Below, piece after piece: positions 22,389-34,745 of a stretch of 64,000 nucleotides of DNA. The stretch's first letter is position 1; every line of letters begins with the position of its first letter. Both the position numbers and the translations under genes were made by a program. The notes below the pieces were generated by a model, which did not search any database, had not been told where the DNA came from, and was given only the letters and a program-made list of their open reading frames with translations. The DNA is from Lophium mytilinum (Eukaryota), in contig MU004187.1 in assembly GCA_010093605.1 (NCBI GenBank), positions 248,001-312,000 on the forward strand. The letters run 5' to 3'.

Positions 22389-23894
22389 ATGTCGCACTCT
22401 ATGACAGCACAAGCCCCAGGGCTATCATCATACCTCAAGTCTCTTCGCTCGACTCCAGTCGAAGCCTCGATAGAACACTTCATTGCGTATGAGCAGGCAT
22501 TCACTTCATGACTCACAGCGCTAACAAACGACAGCCTCCTCAAACGACGACAAATTCGGAATTCGAGACCATGCGCCCTTGCTACTACCCAGTTGCTCAT
22601 CCAAGTGGTGAAAGAATTCAAAGGCAAAGATGCGGACAAACTCCTGCGAAGAATCCGGGACGTGGGCCGGAGGCTGATCGCAGCCCAACCGCGGGAGATG
22701 GTAGTTGGGAACATCGTCAGGCGTGTGCTGGGCTTAATACGAGAGATCAAGGATGACAATGCCGACGGAGACTCGAATGCGGTCAACAGCGACACAGGAA
22801 GTCCACTCCCACACCACGATTCCTTCAACCGGCCTCAGTTGGCTTCGAGCATATCCACATTCATGCGGCATGGCGCTCTACCACCCATGGAGTCTGCATC
22901 AGGACCCGAGAGTCTTGCAGACTCTGGAGAATTGCCACATCGGCCCGCCCTCTTCTCGTCTCATACTTCATACGCTCCACTGGGAACCTCCCTGTTTGGC
23001 CTTTTCTCCCAGCCAGACACTCCCTCGAATACTAGCACGCCAACCGGCCGGCATTCTCCAATTGGGAAGCATACCATGACAGCATCAGCTCTAGAACGCA
23101 TAGGGGAGTCTACCATTTTGAAGCGCACAAACATCAAAGCCGAAGTCCTGGAGGGCATGAATGAGCTTCAAGATGAGCTAGAGCAATCCGACGACCAGAT
23201 CGCTGCTAACGCCCTTGACCACATCCACTCCAACGAGATCATTCTAACTCACACTGCCTCTACTTCAGTCCAGAAATTCCTCCTGGCTGCAGCGAAGAAG
23301 CGCAAATTCACCGTCGTCCATGCTGAGGCCCATCCAAACGATCACGACGCTGTTCACGCAACCATATTGACTGGCAAAAAGCGAGACGCTGAAGTCATAT
23401 CCGAAGAAGCAGGAGAACGCTGGAAACCCCTCACAGCTGCCGGTATCACCGTCGTGCTAATTCCAGACTCGCACGTCTTCGCCATAATGGCCCGTGTGAA
23501 CAAAGTCATCTTAGCCACCCACAGCGTTCTCGCAAACGGGGGACTCGTAGCAGCCGCCGGCGCGCGCGTGATTGCATCAGCAGCAAAGGTTCACCGGACG
23601 CCCGTCGTTGTTGTCACTGGTGTCTACAAGCTCAGCCCAGTCTACCCCTTCGATATTGACGAGCTGATCGAGTATGGCGATGCCGGGAACGTGGTACCTT
23701 ACGACGACGGCGATTTCGTCGATAAAGTGGACGTCGACAATCCCTTATACGACTACGTGCCTCCAGATTTGGTCGATCTATACGTCACGAATCTAGGCGG
23801 ACATGCGCCGAGCTATCTGTACAGGATCGTTGCGGATCACTACCACCCTGACGATATCAACCTATCGGGGGCAGTAGAACGGGAGGGGAAATGA
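22389..23894 (+). CDS. GCD7: Translation initiation factor eIF2B beta subunit
   Basis: LLKRRQI, AQPREMVVGNIVRRVL, HIHSNEIILT, FAIMARVNKVIL, NPLYDYVPPDLVDLYVTN and APSYLYR; one intron. Confidence 0.95.
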
Positions 23895-24247
23895 ATACGA
23901 ATTTCGACATAAACTTGATATTCAGTCAAGTAAGCAAATTTAAGCTTGCACAACTCAACTTTTCGATTATGTGCTGTGAAGCTGCGTCTCTTTGCCAACG
24001 TGAGCCAGTGTTGGATTATGCCTCACTTCGACGGGAGGATTTCGGCTTCCCGTCACGACTGCTCTTGTAGGCTTGTCATCTATGTGAACTTGTATTTTTA
24101 TGTAGGTGCAGCACGAGCTCGGATCTAGCAAGAATACCACAAATATCTGATCTTTGCTAGCGTCTATGGAATCTGTTCGGACATGCGAAATTCGTTCAAA
24201 CATTTGAAATCTGTAGATTCGCTCCAGAATAGGGCATATGCTACATG

Positions 24248-25747
24248 TTATGTTAGCAGGAGCTGCTGGCTGCTCGTCTGCCTACTATGATAGCTACTGC
24301 GTCGTTTCGGGCCGTCCAGGGTGCTCAACTCAATGTGTTCATAGTCCATAGTCCCATTTTCCGGCAAACTTTCCGCGCGACTTTCGCTCGTGTGGTTTGC
24401 ACATCCTTGGCATTGGTTCCTGTCTGGGTGCTTCCGGAACAGCAGCCAATCAGTGATCAACGTGAAGATTTTCCAGAGCGCTTGCAGGAAAACAAGGTCT
24501 GCGACCAGCACCGACACGAAGATGTTTCCTGCCGACTTCAGCTTTGGGATCTGGCAAATGTAGTTGGTGCTGATGACGCTAGGAGTCGCCCCTAAGGGTC
24601 CAGTCGTTGCTTTCAAAGTCTTGAAATCCTGCGTAACAGGCCCTGGTTGCGCGTTTGCGTAGTTCTGCATAGCGACGGAGAAGTTTGATGTGAAGTATTG
24701 CAGAGTATCGCCGTTGGTCAAGATGTTCGGCTGGTATGATGTCTGACCGAGGTCTGTCAGGATCGTTGAATAGGCTGATTTGGCTAGACTGTCGGCTTGG
24801 ATCCAGATGTTTGGCTTCGCGTGGATGCTGTCAAGATACGCGACGCTGGTGGTCCAGTTGTAAAGCCCTGGCCAGAGGATACCGAAGCTACCTAAACCGA
24901 CGTCGATCACGAATCGGTAGTCAACCTTGAAGTAGTCCGGGCTGGTGATATCGGAAGTAGATCCGTTGTTCGGCGTGAAGGAGATGGTGCCCTTTCTTAT
25001 GCCGGCCTCGTCGTTAGCGGTCGCGTTTTGTCGGATGTTTTGCATAAGTTTGGTCGTGTATGCCCAATACATGGACATCAGTGATTCGCCCCAGTAAAGA
25101 CTTGATCTCTTTTCCTTATCACGGTCCAGGAAGTTGCTTGCAAGGAAATGGTAGAGGCCGGATAGAGACGCCGCCTTGGTAACGTAATCGTACGTGGTGG
25201 TCAGGTTGAAGTGCGTCTGCCCATCTGCACTCTCGATAGTGCATGAGATGTACGCACGGATGACAGCTCCGTATTCCCCGTACGCAAGCTGGTTAGCTGT
25301 CCTGTCTAGCGCCTCGAGATCCACCTCGATCGAGCCCACGGCGCAGTTTTCAATGACATTGTTGTAGTACGTGAGAGAAGGTAAGACTGTTCTGTTGCCT
25401 TCTGCTGAGACACGCCATACATCCATCAGAGTGTATGTCAAGGCGGTCTGATTTGTGAAAAAGAGAGTGTTGACTTGGATATTTGCTGGTTGACAGCTTG
25501 GTTTAGCTTTGCTAGTAAGGTAGGATGGCCATTTCATGTGCTTGAACCAGATTCCTTCCGAGACGGTGGTGTTTGGATCGAAAGAGCTCACTACGATCAA
25601 GTTGTATCCATTGGACGCCAAGTTTAGGAAGGAAAAGAGGACGGTAGCCACTAGAAATCCAACCAGCACGACCGGGGTAAACCATTTAAAAGGGTACGCT
25701 CTGGTAATTTTGTAACTGAACATAGATTCATGTCTAGAGGCCATCAT
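24248..25747 (-). CDS. Uncharacterised fungal membrane protein, two TM helices flanking a large N-glycosylated loop
   Basis: Intronless 499-aa ORF with TM1 (VVLVGFLVATVLFSFLNL), TM2 (IFVSVLVADLVFLQALW) and many NxS/T sites between them. Confidence 0.8.
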   Translation of the reverse strand: MMASRHESMFSYKITRAYPFKWFTPVVLVGFLVATVLFSFLNLASNGYNLIVVSSFDPNTTVSEGIWFKHMKWPSYLTSKAKPSCQPANIQVNTLFFTNQTALTYTLMDVWRVSAEGNRTVLPSLTYYNNVIENCAVGSIEVDLEALDRTANQLAYGEYGAVIRAYISCTIESADGQTHFNLTTTYDYVTKAASLSGLYHFLASNFLDRDKEKRSSLYWGESLMSMYWAYTTKLMQNIRQNATANDEAGIRKGTISFTPNNGSTSDITSPDYFKVDYRFVIDVGLGSFGILWPGLYNWTTSVAYLDSIHAKPNIWIQADSLAKSAYSTILTDLGQTSYQPNILTNGDTLQYFTSNFSVAMQNYANAQPGPVTQDFKTLKATTGPLGATPSVISTNYICQIPKLKSAGNIFVSVLVADLVFLQALWKIFTLITDWLLFRKHPDRNQCQGCANHTSESRAESLPENGTMDYEHIELSTLDGPKRRSSYHSRQTSSQQLLLT

Positions 25748-26298
25748 TGCGAAATTCGGCCCAAGGCCCTCAAGATTTCAGGATGACGATACAGACAGCA
25801 TGGATAAGATACTCATAGTAGGGTTGACATGATATATACTTAGCAGCAACGTTACAGCGGGGCCGAGGATTGTGGCGAGGTACAGACCCCTACCTACATT
25901 TGGGGGGCCTGACCGCTTTGCAGCGAATTCTAGGCAGTAGAAAGGGGGTATCCTTGTATGATGAGCGTCGGGCATAGAGCATCCGGCTATCATGCGCTCG
26001 GCAATAAAGGGAGTATGATGGTTTCTCGAAGGATGATGCTAGCAATATTGGAAGGCATCCACTCAGCCTCACGGGTGTGAAATATGGGCTTTTTAGGAAA
26101 TTGAAATCCCGAGTGCTTACCTCCTCTCTTCAACAATAATATAGGAGGCTCAAAAAGAATGTCAATTCCATTAATGAACCTTATTCGTCCGATTCTAACG
26201 TTCGCCCGGCTTTGCTGGCTAATGATGGATGTGAGGTTGAAGTACGAAGTACCGTTGTAGAATACCTGCAAGGTCCAGGCTAGGCACTCTAGGTTAGA

Positions 26299-26772
26299 AT
26301 TTGTGGGGTGCAAAATAGCAGTCAATCCTTGGCACATTCCTCTGCCATACCACCCGATTTCTAAAAGATGAAGTTAAGTAAAAATAGGGCTATTACCTTT
26401 AAATCTCTCCAGGAGCTAGTCTATATACTCTTTACCCTACGTCTAGAAGCTAGGCTTAAAATATAAGAGGGTAGAGAAGTTATTAAACAGTAAAGGTGGA
26501 CTTAAAATATTATATTTTGCGGGCGGCACTTTCTTAGTGGTACTTCCAGCAGGCGGCATGCACCTCTTCTTACTACAACTAGAATTATACACTTAAAAAT
26601 GATATTAAAAAACTAAATCCTTAGTAATATACTCTAGTAGCCTAGATGTACAACTTACTAGCTCTTAGGGTTAATTTTATTAATTATCCTTATAGTTGGT
26701 ATTCCTTAGAATTATGTCGGTGTGGCAGAGACCTACGCCAAGATTTTGACTGCTATTTTGCACCCGACAAAT
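26299..26772. mobile_element. Non-autonomous TIR element (MITE-like relic) with AT-rich, RIP-like interior
   Basis: Imperfect inverted repeats of about 55 bp (26299-26352 vs 26719-26772) with an exact core GGGTGCAAAATAGCAGTCAA. The interior is TpA-rich with no ORF. Confidence 0.75.
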
Positions 26773-26870
26773 AAGGTCCTACCCGTACCTGAATATGCCG
26801 CTCTGTAGTCTACCGTACCACGTAGTCCTCCCTATCCTACCACTCCTCAATCAAGCCATTCATACCCAAG

Positions 26871-27900
26871 ATGTCGGGAAAGAAGACCAATCTGGAGCTC
26901 GTCGCAGCTTGTGACAGGTATTGTCGAGTCTGCAACCATTTGAATACTTCATACTAATCAAACAACCATCAGCTTTCCGTATATTCACATTCCCTCTCTT
27001 CCCCACAATGGAGATGAGAAATCATCTTTCTATCAGTTTCTCCTTCCTGACGACTCAAGGCCTCATGGCTACCTGCTTCCCTCTACTGTAAAAGCGATGC
27101 CATGGACGGATGACTTCATAGTCGGTCACGAGCGTCCTCGGACTGTGCAGCTTCTAGACAGCTCCAAGGGCCAGGACACTTCAAGTGCCTGCAATGCTGC
27201 TTTAAAGAAGGTCATCTCGAACGCCACTACTGCTAAAGCGTTCAAAGTTCTGGCGAGTCCTCTTCACGAGGATTACCGGATCATTGGAGCAAAATATCCG
27301 GTTCAAATGGAGCGTACAGCCTCGTCCCTATTCGGAATCGCCCATCGCGGGGCACACATGACTGTCTACACTCGAACCGCCGAAGGGATGAAGATCTGGG
27401 TTCCGCGAAGAGCACCTAACCTGTTCACATATCCTAACAAGCTCGATACTACCGTCGCAGGTGGCGTCAAAGCTGAACATTCTCCGTGGGAATGCATCGT
27501 CCAAGAAGCGGATGAGGAAGCCTCGCTCCCAGAATCTCTAGTCCGCTCTCAGGCTCGCTCTACCGGTGTCTTGACGTACCTTGCAAAGAGCGGCCAGGGC
27601 GATGGGGGAGAGTTTGGTCTCATGGTACCAGATTGCATATACGTATTCGATCTCGAGGTTTCAGAGGACGTCATCTGTAAGCCCAAAGACGGAGAGGTCA
27701 AGGAGTTCTATCTCTGGGACATTGAACGCGTCAAGTTAGCTCTTTCAGAAGCGGAGTTCAAGACTAATTGCGCTGCCGTCATGATTGACTTCTTCATTCG
27801 CCACGGGATCATTACTAATGAAAATGAAAAAGACTATCTAGAGATCATGAGCAGGATGCATCGCAAGCTACCTGTCCCAACGTCGAGCTTGTCTTCATAG
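26871..27900 (+). CDS. Nudix hydrolase, thiamine pyrophosphokinase-related (Tnr3 N-terminal/YJR142W-like)
   Basis: MERTASSLFGIAHRGAH, KIWVPRR..TYPNKLDTTVAGG, Nudix box ECIVQEADEEASLP and IDFFIRHG; one intron near the 5' end. Confidence 0.88.
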
Positions 27901-28156
27901 ATCCGAAATCATCGATTTTCTACCGCCACGTCATCGAGCCTTGCTGTAGCCGCCTGGATAACCCCATACAGGTAGATCGATAGACTTTGCATGCTGTTTG
28001 CCAATCTACGGTATGCGTCAAATAGTTCATTCATCTATATGGACGCATTGAGCTATCAAAGAGGTTCAGAGAATCCAATCTTCACATTGCGGATCTGATC
28101 TGAACTGCCCTTTCACGATGTCAGTTACGTGATGCTGCGAAGGGTATCTCAAATAT

Positions 28157-28885
28157 CTACACCGACGACTCCAGCAGCTTCAACTCTCTCGTCTTCTTAC
28201 TATGTGGCTCCGGTGCTTTCGATAATCAGCTTAGAATTTAAACAGCAACAAGGTCCCCACTCACCTTTCGAATTCTCCTGCACGTAGAATCTCCTTAAGA
28301 GGTTAATCGCCTCCTCCCTAAAGATCCCACCATGCACCGGATACGGTTTATCAATAGACGGACTGTTGAAGTCAATAAAAAGTTCCAGATATATTTATTG
28401 GATCCCACTCACTCTTCATGAATGTTCAAGACACCTCCAGTACCGCCAAACCGATCATTCCAGCACCCAAAATACACGGCTCTGATGCCGTACTGCCGTA
28501 ACGCTGAGGCACACATAACGCATGGTTCGACAGTGACGTAGAGATCTGTGGATTGGAGAATGCTGATGGGGTATTTTGAGAGAATCTGAATGAGTGCTAC
28601 GAACTCCGCATGACGGGTGCCCTTTTATGTTTTAGAATTTGAAGGTTTATAGCTGGAGACGTAAGAGAAGGTACATTAAGGGTTTTATTCGTCTCGTTCA
28701 TTCCTCGTCCTATTATTTCTCCGTCTTTGACGAAGACACAGCCGACGGGAGTCTCGTCACTGGAGAGTGCCAACTCCGCCTGCAAGTTTTGTCAAACTAT
28801 AATATCGTAGACTATCCATCAAGCATACCATTTTGATGGCTTCGCGCATGAAGTTCTCATGATATTGCCTTTCTTCTTCGTCCAT
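28157..28885 (-). CDS. TAD2: tRNA adenosine-34 deaminase catalytic subunit
   Basis: ETPVGCVFV, TRHAEF, YVTVEPCVMCASAL and GAGNDRFGGTGGV; four introns. Confidence 0.92.
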
Positions 28886-29115
28886 GGTTACTATTGTTAA
28901 CAGAACATAGTGGGAATCGTCAGAGAGAGACACTTTCGATAGCATGCAATGCTTCACAAACTTCGGAGTTAAGGATGTGAAGTGATGAAAGATGAATGTC
29001 GTGGTCCTGAGTCCCAGAATAAATACTGTGAAGGTCCGAGCGCCCCAACCCAACTTCTTCCATCGTCACCACCTCGAACCACCAACAACCGAACCACCAC
29101 ACAACTACCCCCAAC

Positions 29116-30006
29116 ATGGCCGACGAATCCCCCAAAGAAGTCGCAGAAACTCCAGTGTCGGACCCTCCCTCAGACGCCGAATCCCCCTCAGAGCCAACCC
29201 CCTCAACCCTAGACCCCGAACCCAGCGAAGCGCAAACCCGCCTCGACCGCTTCAAAGCCCTCCAAGCGCGCCAAAAAGCCTCCCGGAGCGCCAACCTCCA
29301 AGAATCCAAAACCGAGCGCACCCGCCAGGCCACCGACCCCGCGCTGCTCACGCAAATCGAGCGCCGCCGCGCCACCGCCTCTCACAAGCTGCTGAAAGCC
29401 GAAACCGCCGACTTCGAGCGCAAGCGCGCCTGGGACTGGACCGCCGAGGAAGCTGCCGCGTGGGACCGCCGCCTCGAGAAGAAAGCGAAGCACAGGGACG
29501 ATGTCGGCTTCGCGGACTACACGCAGCAGGCGCGCAAGGTGTACAAGCGGCAGCTGAGAGACGTGCCGCCCGACGTCGCGGCGTACGAGAAGCAGAAGAA
29601 GGAGGCGATTGAGCGGGCGGCGGCGAGTGGGGGGCTGGAGATTGTGGAGACGGAGGATGGGGAGTTGATTGCTGTGGATCTGGATGGGTCGTTCTACAGC
29701 ACGGCGGAGAGCACCGAGTTTGTGAATAGCAAGCCGGAGAAGGCGGCGGTGGATCGGCTGGTGGATGATATTCGGAAGGCGGAGGCGGCGCGGATGAAGA
29801 AGAGGAGGGAGAGGGGCTTGGAGGACGATACGGGTGGAGATGTTACTTATATCAACCAGAAGGTATGTGGAATGGTCTTCGTTTGGGTTGCGAGAATGAT
29901 GCTAACTTCTGCACAGAACAAACAGTTCAACGATAAACTGGCGCGGTTTTACAATAAGTACACCTCGGATATTCGGGACAGCTTTGAACGAGGGACAGCT
30001 ATCTGA
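29116..30006 (+). CDS. SYF2: Pre-mRNA splicing factor Syf2
   Basis: [11 protein letters not shown] and [37 protein letters not shown]; intron 29863-29916. Confidence 0.95.
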   Translation: [296 protein letters not shown]

Positions 30007-30222
30007 TGCTTTTGCGGTTCGAGGTTTGCGGAGTATTGGTGCATCGGGGGCGTCAGGGTGCAAAGGGGTCATAGCTCATTAAGATGCTTTTGAGTAGCAA
30101 AAGGATCACGAAATCATTCAATAAGAGAGCCTTTTGATGGTATCTACACGTTAAGACATGCGCCATTCCATGCGTCCTATCCCAAAACGCCATCGCTATG
30201 CATAGACTTGAATATGAAGACA

Positions 30223-31857
30223 TTACTGCTCAGCAGCTAATATCATCTTCTCTCTTTCGGCCTTCCGCCTCGTTGTCCCTTTCTTACTATGTCTCCGCTC
30301 ATTCTCCTCTCGTCGCTTGATCGCCTTCAACTCTTCGTTCTTGATCTCGCCTGCCTTCTTCACCTGCTTGGGGAGATGTCGATGACGTGATATCCTCTTG
30401 ATCTCAGGCATGTGCTTGTACCTCTCTTTCAATGCTTCATCATACTCGAGCTTTTGTCGCTGAGCGAAAGACTTGACACCTTGGCGAGACGATGCCTGGG
30501 AGCGCCATAGCCTGACATTCCCGTCATCACTCCCTGATAGAACGTAGTTGTTATCAGGACTCCAAGCCACGGAAAATACTCGCTGCATCCGCTTAGTGTG
30601 GTACACGTCACGAGAATGGCCGGCGCGAGTCCATAGGCGTAGCGTGCGGTCGTAGGATCCTGTTATGAGTTCTTCGCCAGTAGGTGAGAACTCGACAGAC
30701 ATGACCGCTGAGACATGACCCTTCAGAACATTGAGAGCACGCTTCATATTACGCATGTCGAATAGATAGGTGTTGTGATCTTCACTTGCCACCGCAAAGC
30801 TGGGAAATGTCAGTTTTGCCCAATCTAGAGGAGAAGGGAAGCCTACTTCATGGCTTCATGGGGGTTCCAGCTAATTGAATTCGACGCTAGCGTGAGCACT
30901 GTGCGGTGAAGTGGCGAAGAGGTCCGTAGGTCGTATAATATGACAGCACGATCGGTTGCGCATGACTACTAACTATGAGCATCTCCACATACAGACTAGG
31001 GCAACAAGCTTACAGCAAGGATAGAGGTCTCGGTCTGATTGAATGCGATTGCTCTGATCGTCTGCAACACGGGTTAGCGGGTAACTTTGATAATATAACA
31101 ACACTTACGTCGACAGTTGTGGGCCATGCTAGTGTTTGCGTCGGCTTCTCGGATGCACGATTGACATCGTATATAGATATCGAGGTACTGGAGACTGCGA
31201 AAGAGGGAAGAGAGCGGTGATGAGAGATTCCCGTGAAACCACTTTGACCGAGCCATGTTGCGGTAGGAGAACTGCCTGACTTGTAGGGCTCGAAGAGCTT
31301 CACCGTTTTGTCGGTTCCACAAGTTAAAAGCCTCTTGTCTCGAGTCCAGCACATGCCCTTGACCATGTTCTCGTGAGCTTGACTTTGCCAGATCTCATCT
31401 CGACTAGCCAGATCCCAGACTTTCACGACACCATCTAGTAATCATATGAGGCGGGGGCTAAGAACTGCGGAGCTTTCAAGATCATACCTCCACTACCAGA
31501 TGCGAAATGATCAAGACTTTCAGGATCTTTAGCAAAACAGTAGACACCATCAACGTGCCCGGTTCCAAGTGATGCCAAGAATGGAGCGGCGAACATGCGC
31601 CTGTCATTGAAAATTAGAGAGTTCTCGACGATATATAGAAATGAATTCTTACTCCATCTTTGTCGCGGTGAGTGCTTTGGTATACTCTCGACCTCTCTAG
31701 GAGCCGTTGATCAGCATATATTGCGTATACATGGATGCGATAGAATTCTTACTTCGAATGGGTGCAGTGCAGGGTCGAGATTTCGAGGAACTCGGGAAGT
31801 TGTAGCTCCAGGCTCCATGTGAGAGGAAGCCGGCCGGCTTAGAGCCTTTATCTTCAT
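30223..31857 (-). CDS. SOF1: SSU processome WD40 protein Sof1/DCAF13
   Basis: MKIKALSR, RNLDPALHPFE, WD repeats, YHTKRMQRVF, SGSDDGNVRLWR and IKRISRHRHLPK; multiple introns. Confidence 0.96.
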
Positions 31858-32082
31858 TTTCGAGATCCTTTTTTTTGATCGAGAAGAGGAGGAAGTCTTA
31901 ACAGGAGTCGAAGCGTGGCCGAAGATTGTAGGGAATGGTAACGGCATAAAATAAATTTACTGCCAGTTCACAGCCTCACCGCCTCTTGGCAAACTCTAAA
32001 CCTTGGGTTCGCATCACCACCTGATCTGCAACCCTGCCCGACTCTTCCCTCACCAGACAACACCACCGTCACGGTCTCCAAC

Positions 32083-33843
32083 ATGCCGGAAAAGCGACCA
32101 TATCCCGATGAAAATGGCGCTCGAAACGATAGCAAGCGCTCAAGGTCCAACCACGGGTCTCCCGCGCCTGCGAATGCCGACAAGTTGCAAGCAGCCTTGG
32201 CAGCCAGAGCAAAGGTGGATGCACAACTGGCAGCAAAGAGGGATGCTGGAATCGCGGATGCCAGAGCACGAGCTGCTGCGATTGCAGCCAAATTCGGGCG
32301 ACCAGCACCAGGACAGGCTCCTCCAGCTGCTCCTCAATCTACCTCGACAAATGGGCACTCTACTGCGCCAACCGGCCAGTCTGAAGCGGAAGACAAGAAT
32401 GCTGCTTTGAAAGCCAGAATAGCACAAGCTCTCGCCGGAAGGGCAGGATCGTCCGCTACACCTCCTCAACGCCCTCCACCACCGCCGACACAGACACGCA
32501 TCCAACACTCACCTCCCGATGTCGACGATGCTGCTCAGCGTGCAAGGGGCGGGCTTAATGTTGGACTACACCCCAGTCTCATGGGCGAGATGAAGCAGGA
32601 ACCAAAGGGTAAGGGCAAACCCATGGCACCCAAGTTCGCAACTACCATGGCCAACAGACGGGGCGAGTCACCGGCTGCGGATGAAGAGAAGGAGGAAAAG
32701 AACCCATATCTGGACACTACCGAAAAGGCAGGCCCTGACCGGAGCAGGCTTCCCCGCCAGATTGTCATGAATCAGAAAGGCAAATACATCGAACAGGGTG
32801 CAAGACTTCGAAGGCAAGAAGAAATGGAGGCGCTCAAGCGGAGGATAGCGGCGGAGACACGGAAGAAGCAGTTGGAGGAGAGCAACGAGAAAGGCTTCTT
32901 GATTCCAGAACCACCGGTCTGTGAATGGTGGGATGAGGTTCTATTGGACGCTACAGACTATTCTGCTTTGGATGATCCAGAAAAACTCAAGTTCAACAAT
33001 GACGACTCAATCGTCACTGTCTACGTTCAACACCCAGTGGAAATCCGGCCACCTCAGGAGAAGCTAGTTATTCCTGTCAAGCCCATGTACCTCACGAAGA
33101 CGGAAACCAAGAAAGTGCGTCGTCAACGTCGCGCGGCCGAGAATAAGGAAAAGCAAGCCAAGATTCGTCTGGGTCTAGAACCTCCTCCCCCTCCGAAGGT
33201 CAAGCGGGGAAACATGATGCGCGTTTTGGGCGAACAGGCTATTGCGGATCCGACGGCTATTGAGGCTCTCGTAGAAAAGCAGATTCGGGAACGTCAGGAG
33301 GCGCACGAGGAGGCCAACGAGGCGCGGAGACTTTCCAAGGACCAGCGTCACGAGAAGCTAGCTGCCCAACAGCTGGGAGATGCGGCCAAGGGAATGCATC
33401 TATGTGTCTACAAGATTAACAACCTATCCTATGGGAAACATCGGTTCCAAGTTGACAAGAATGCTAAGGACAACGCTCTCACTGGTATCACTATTCTCAA
33501 TCCGGACTTCAGCCTTGTCATCGTGGAAGGCGGTGCGAAGTCTTGCGACCTGTACAAGAAGCTCATGCTGCATCGAATTAAATGGACTGAGAACGGTATG
33601 CCAAATAGTGTGCGGGAGGGCAACAAGGAGGCCGAGGTTGCTTGGTTGAACTCGGTGGATGAGGAAGGTCAGTTGAAGGACTTCTCGCAGAACAAGTGCA
33701 CTCTAATTTGGGAGGGAGAGGAGAAGCAGAGGGCTTTCAGGAAGTGGGGATCGAGAGTGTGCGAGACAGATGGAGAAGCAAAGGAGGTCCTGACAAGGGC
33801 CAAGATGGACTCTTTCTGGGCTTTGGCTAAGAGTGCGGCTTGA
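32083..33843 (+). CDS. PRP3: U4/U6 snRNP protein Prp3
   Basis: EWWD, YVQHPV, MYLTKTETKKVRRQRR, KIRLGLEPPPPPKVK, NMMRVLG and VIVEGG. Confidence 0.96.
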   Translation: MPEKRPYPDENGARNDSKRSRSNHGSPAPANADKLQAALAARAKVDAQLAAKRDAGIADARARAAAIAAKFGRPAPGQAPPAAPQSTSTNGHSTAPTGQSEAEDKNAALKARIAQALAGRAGSSATPPQRPPPPPTQTRIQHSPPDVDDAAQRARGGLNVGLHPSLMGEMKQEPKGKGKPMAPKFATTMANRRGESPAADEEKEEKNPYLDTTEKAGPDRSRLPRQIVMNQKGKYIEQGARLRRQEEMEALKRRIAAETRKKQLEESNEKGFLIPEPPVCEWWDEVLLDATDYSALDDPEKLKFNNDDSIVTVYVQHPVEIRPPQEKLVIPVKPMYLTKTETKKVRRQRRAAENKEKQAKIRLGLEPPPPPKVKRGNMMRVLGEQAIADPTAIEALVEKQIRERQEAHEEANEARRLSKDQRHEKLAAQQLGDAAKGMHLCVYKINNLSYGKHRFQVDKNAKDNALTGITILNPDFSLVIVEGGAKSCDLYKKLMLHRIKWTENGMPNSVREGNKEAEVAWLNSVDEEGQLKDFSQNKCTLIWEGEEKQRAFRKWGSRVCETDGEAKEVLTRAKMDSFWALAKSAA

Positions 33844-34745
33844 GCCTGGGACCCTTTGCGAGACTTCCGAGAGGACTGCTTTATACTCCTTCACAACCGC
33901 GTGTCTACTACGATTCTCTTCAAAGTGTATCTTCTTGGAGCGGTTTTCCATCTCGAGCATAACTGGCGCTAGCAGGGTCTTCTTCGCATGATGGACTAAG
34001 TTGCATATTCCCCAGGCGTAAGAGCCGAGCATTTGTAATTCCTGAGGGCTTACCACGGCTACAAACTTGTATAAAATTCAAACAAACATGCTCAGGCCTT
34101 CTTTCCACGCCCCTGAACCCGCATTCTTGTGTGTGGTGTCCTTTCTCAAACTAATCAAATCAATAAAGTGAGGTTAAGCTAGACTCAGATCAAATCACGT
34201 GATAAACTCCAAACTTATCTAGAATATGTAGATAGATATCAGGGGACTACTATTTAGTGTATATGCGTGAAAAACCTTCAAAGAGGGATCCGAAAAGCGT
34301 TGCTAAAATGTTCTGACAATCTACCAAGCATGTCCCAACCCCTATCTTGTAGTACTCTACCAGAGACACTGCTTTACTCACGGAAGCCAAAGAGTCTCAG
34401 TCCCAGACACACACTTGTGATGATTGCCATACTTATTCACCTCGACATCACAGACAGCCTCCCTTGCCACATAATTTGCATTTCCTTACCATACCTCCGT
34501 TTCAACAGCATTTCAACACCTACCAAGAACCTCATCCACGACAACCTTGGCACGAGCCCCCCTCTGCCCCTTCCATCAGGTAGCTTATCATCGCCACCAT
34601 AATTAGCAAGAGGTACCAAGCCTAATTAGGCCAGACCATTCCAGCCACCCGTAGTGATCAACGTCAACCCTCTCCTTTATTCCCCTCTACGTCCAACTTC
34701 TCACACGACCTAACAGATCAAGGGAACCCAGCAACCTCGAACATC

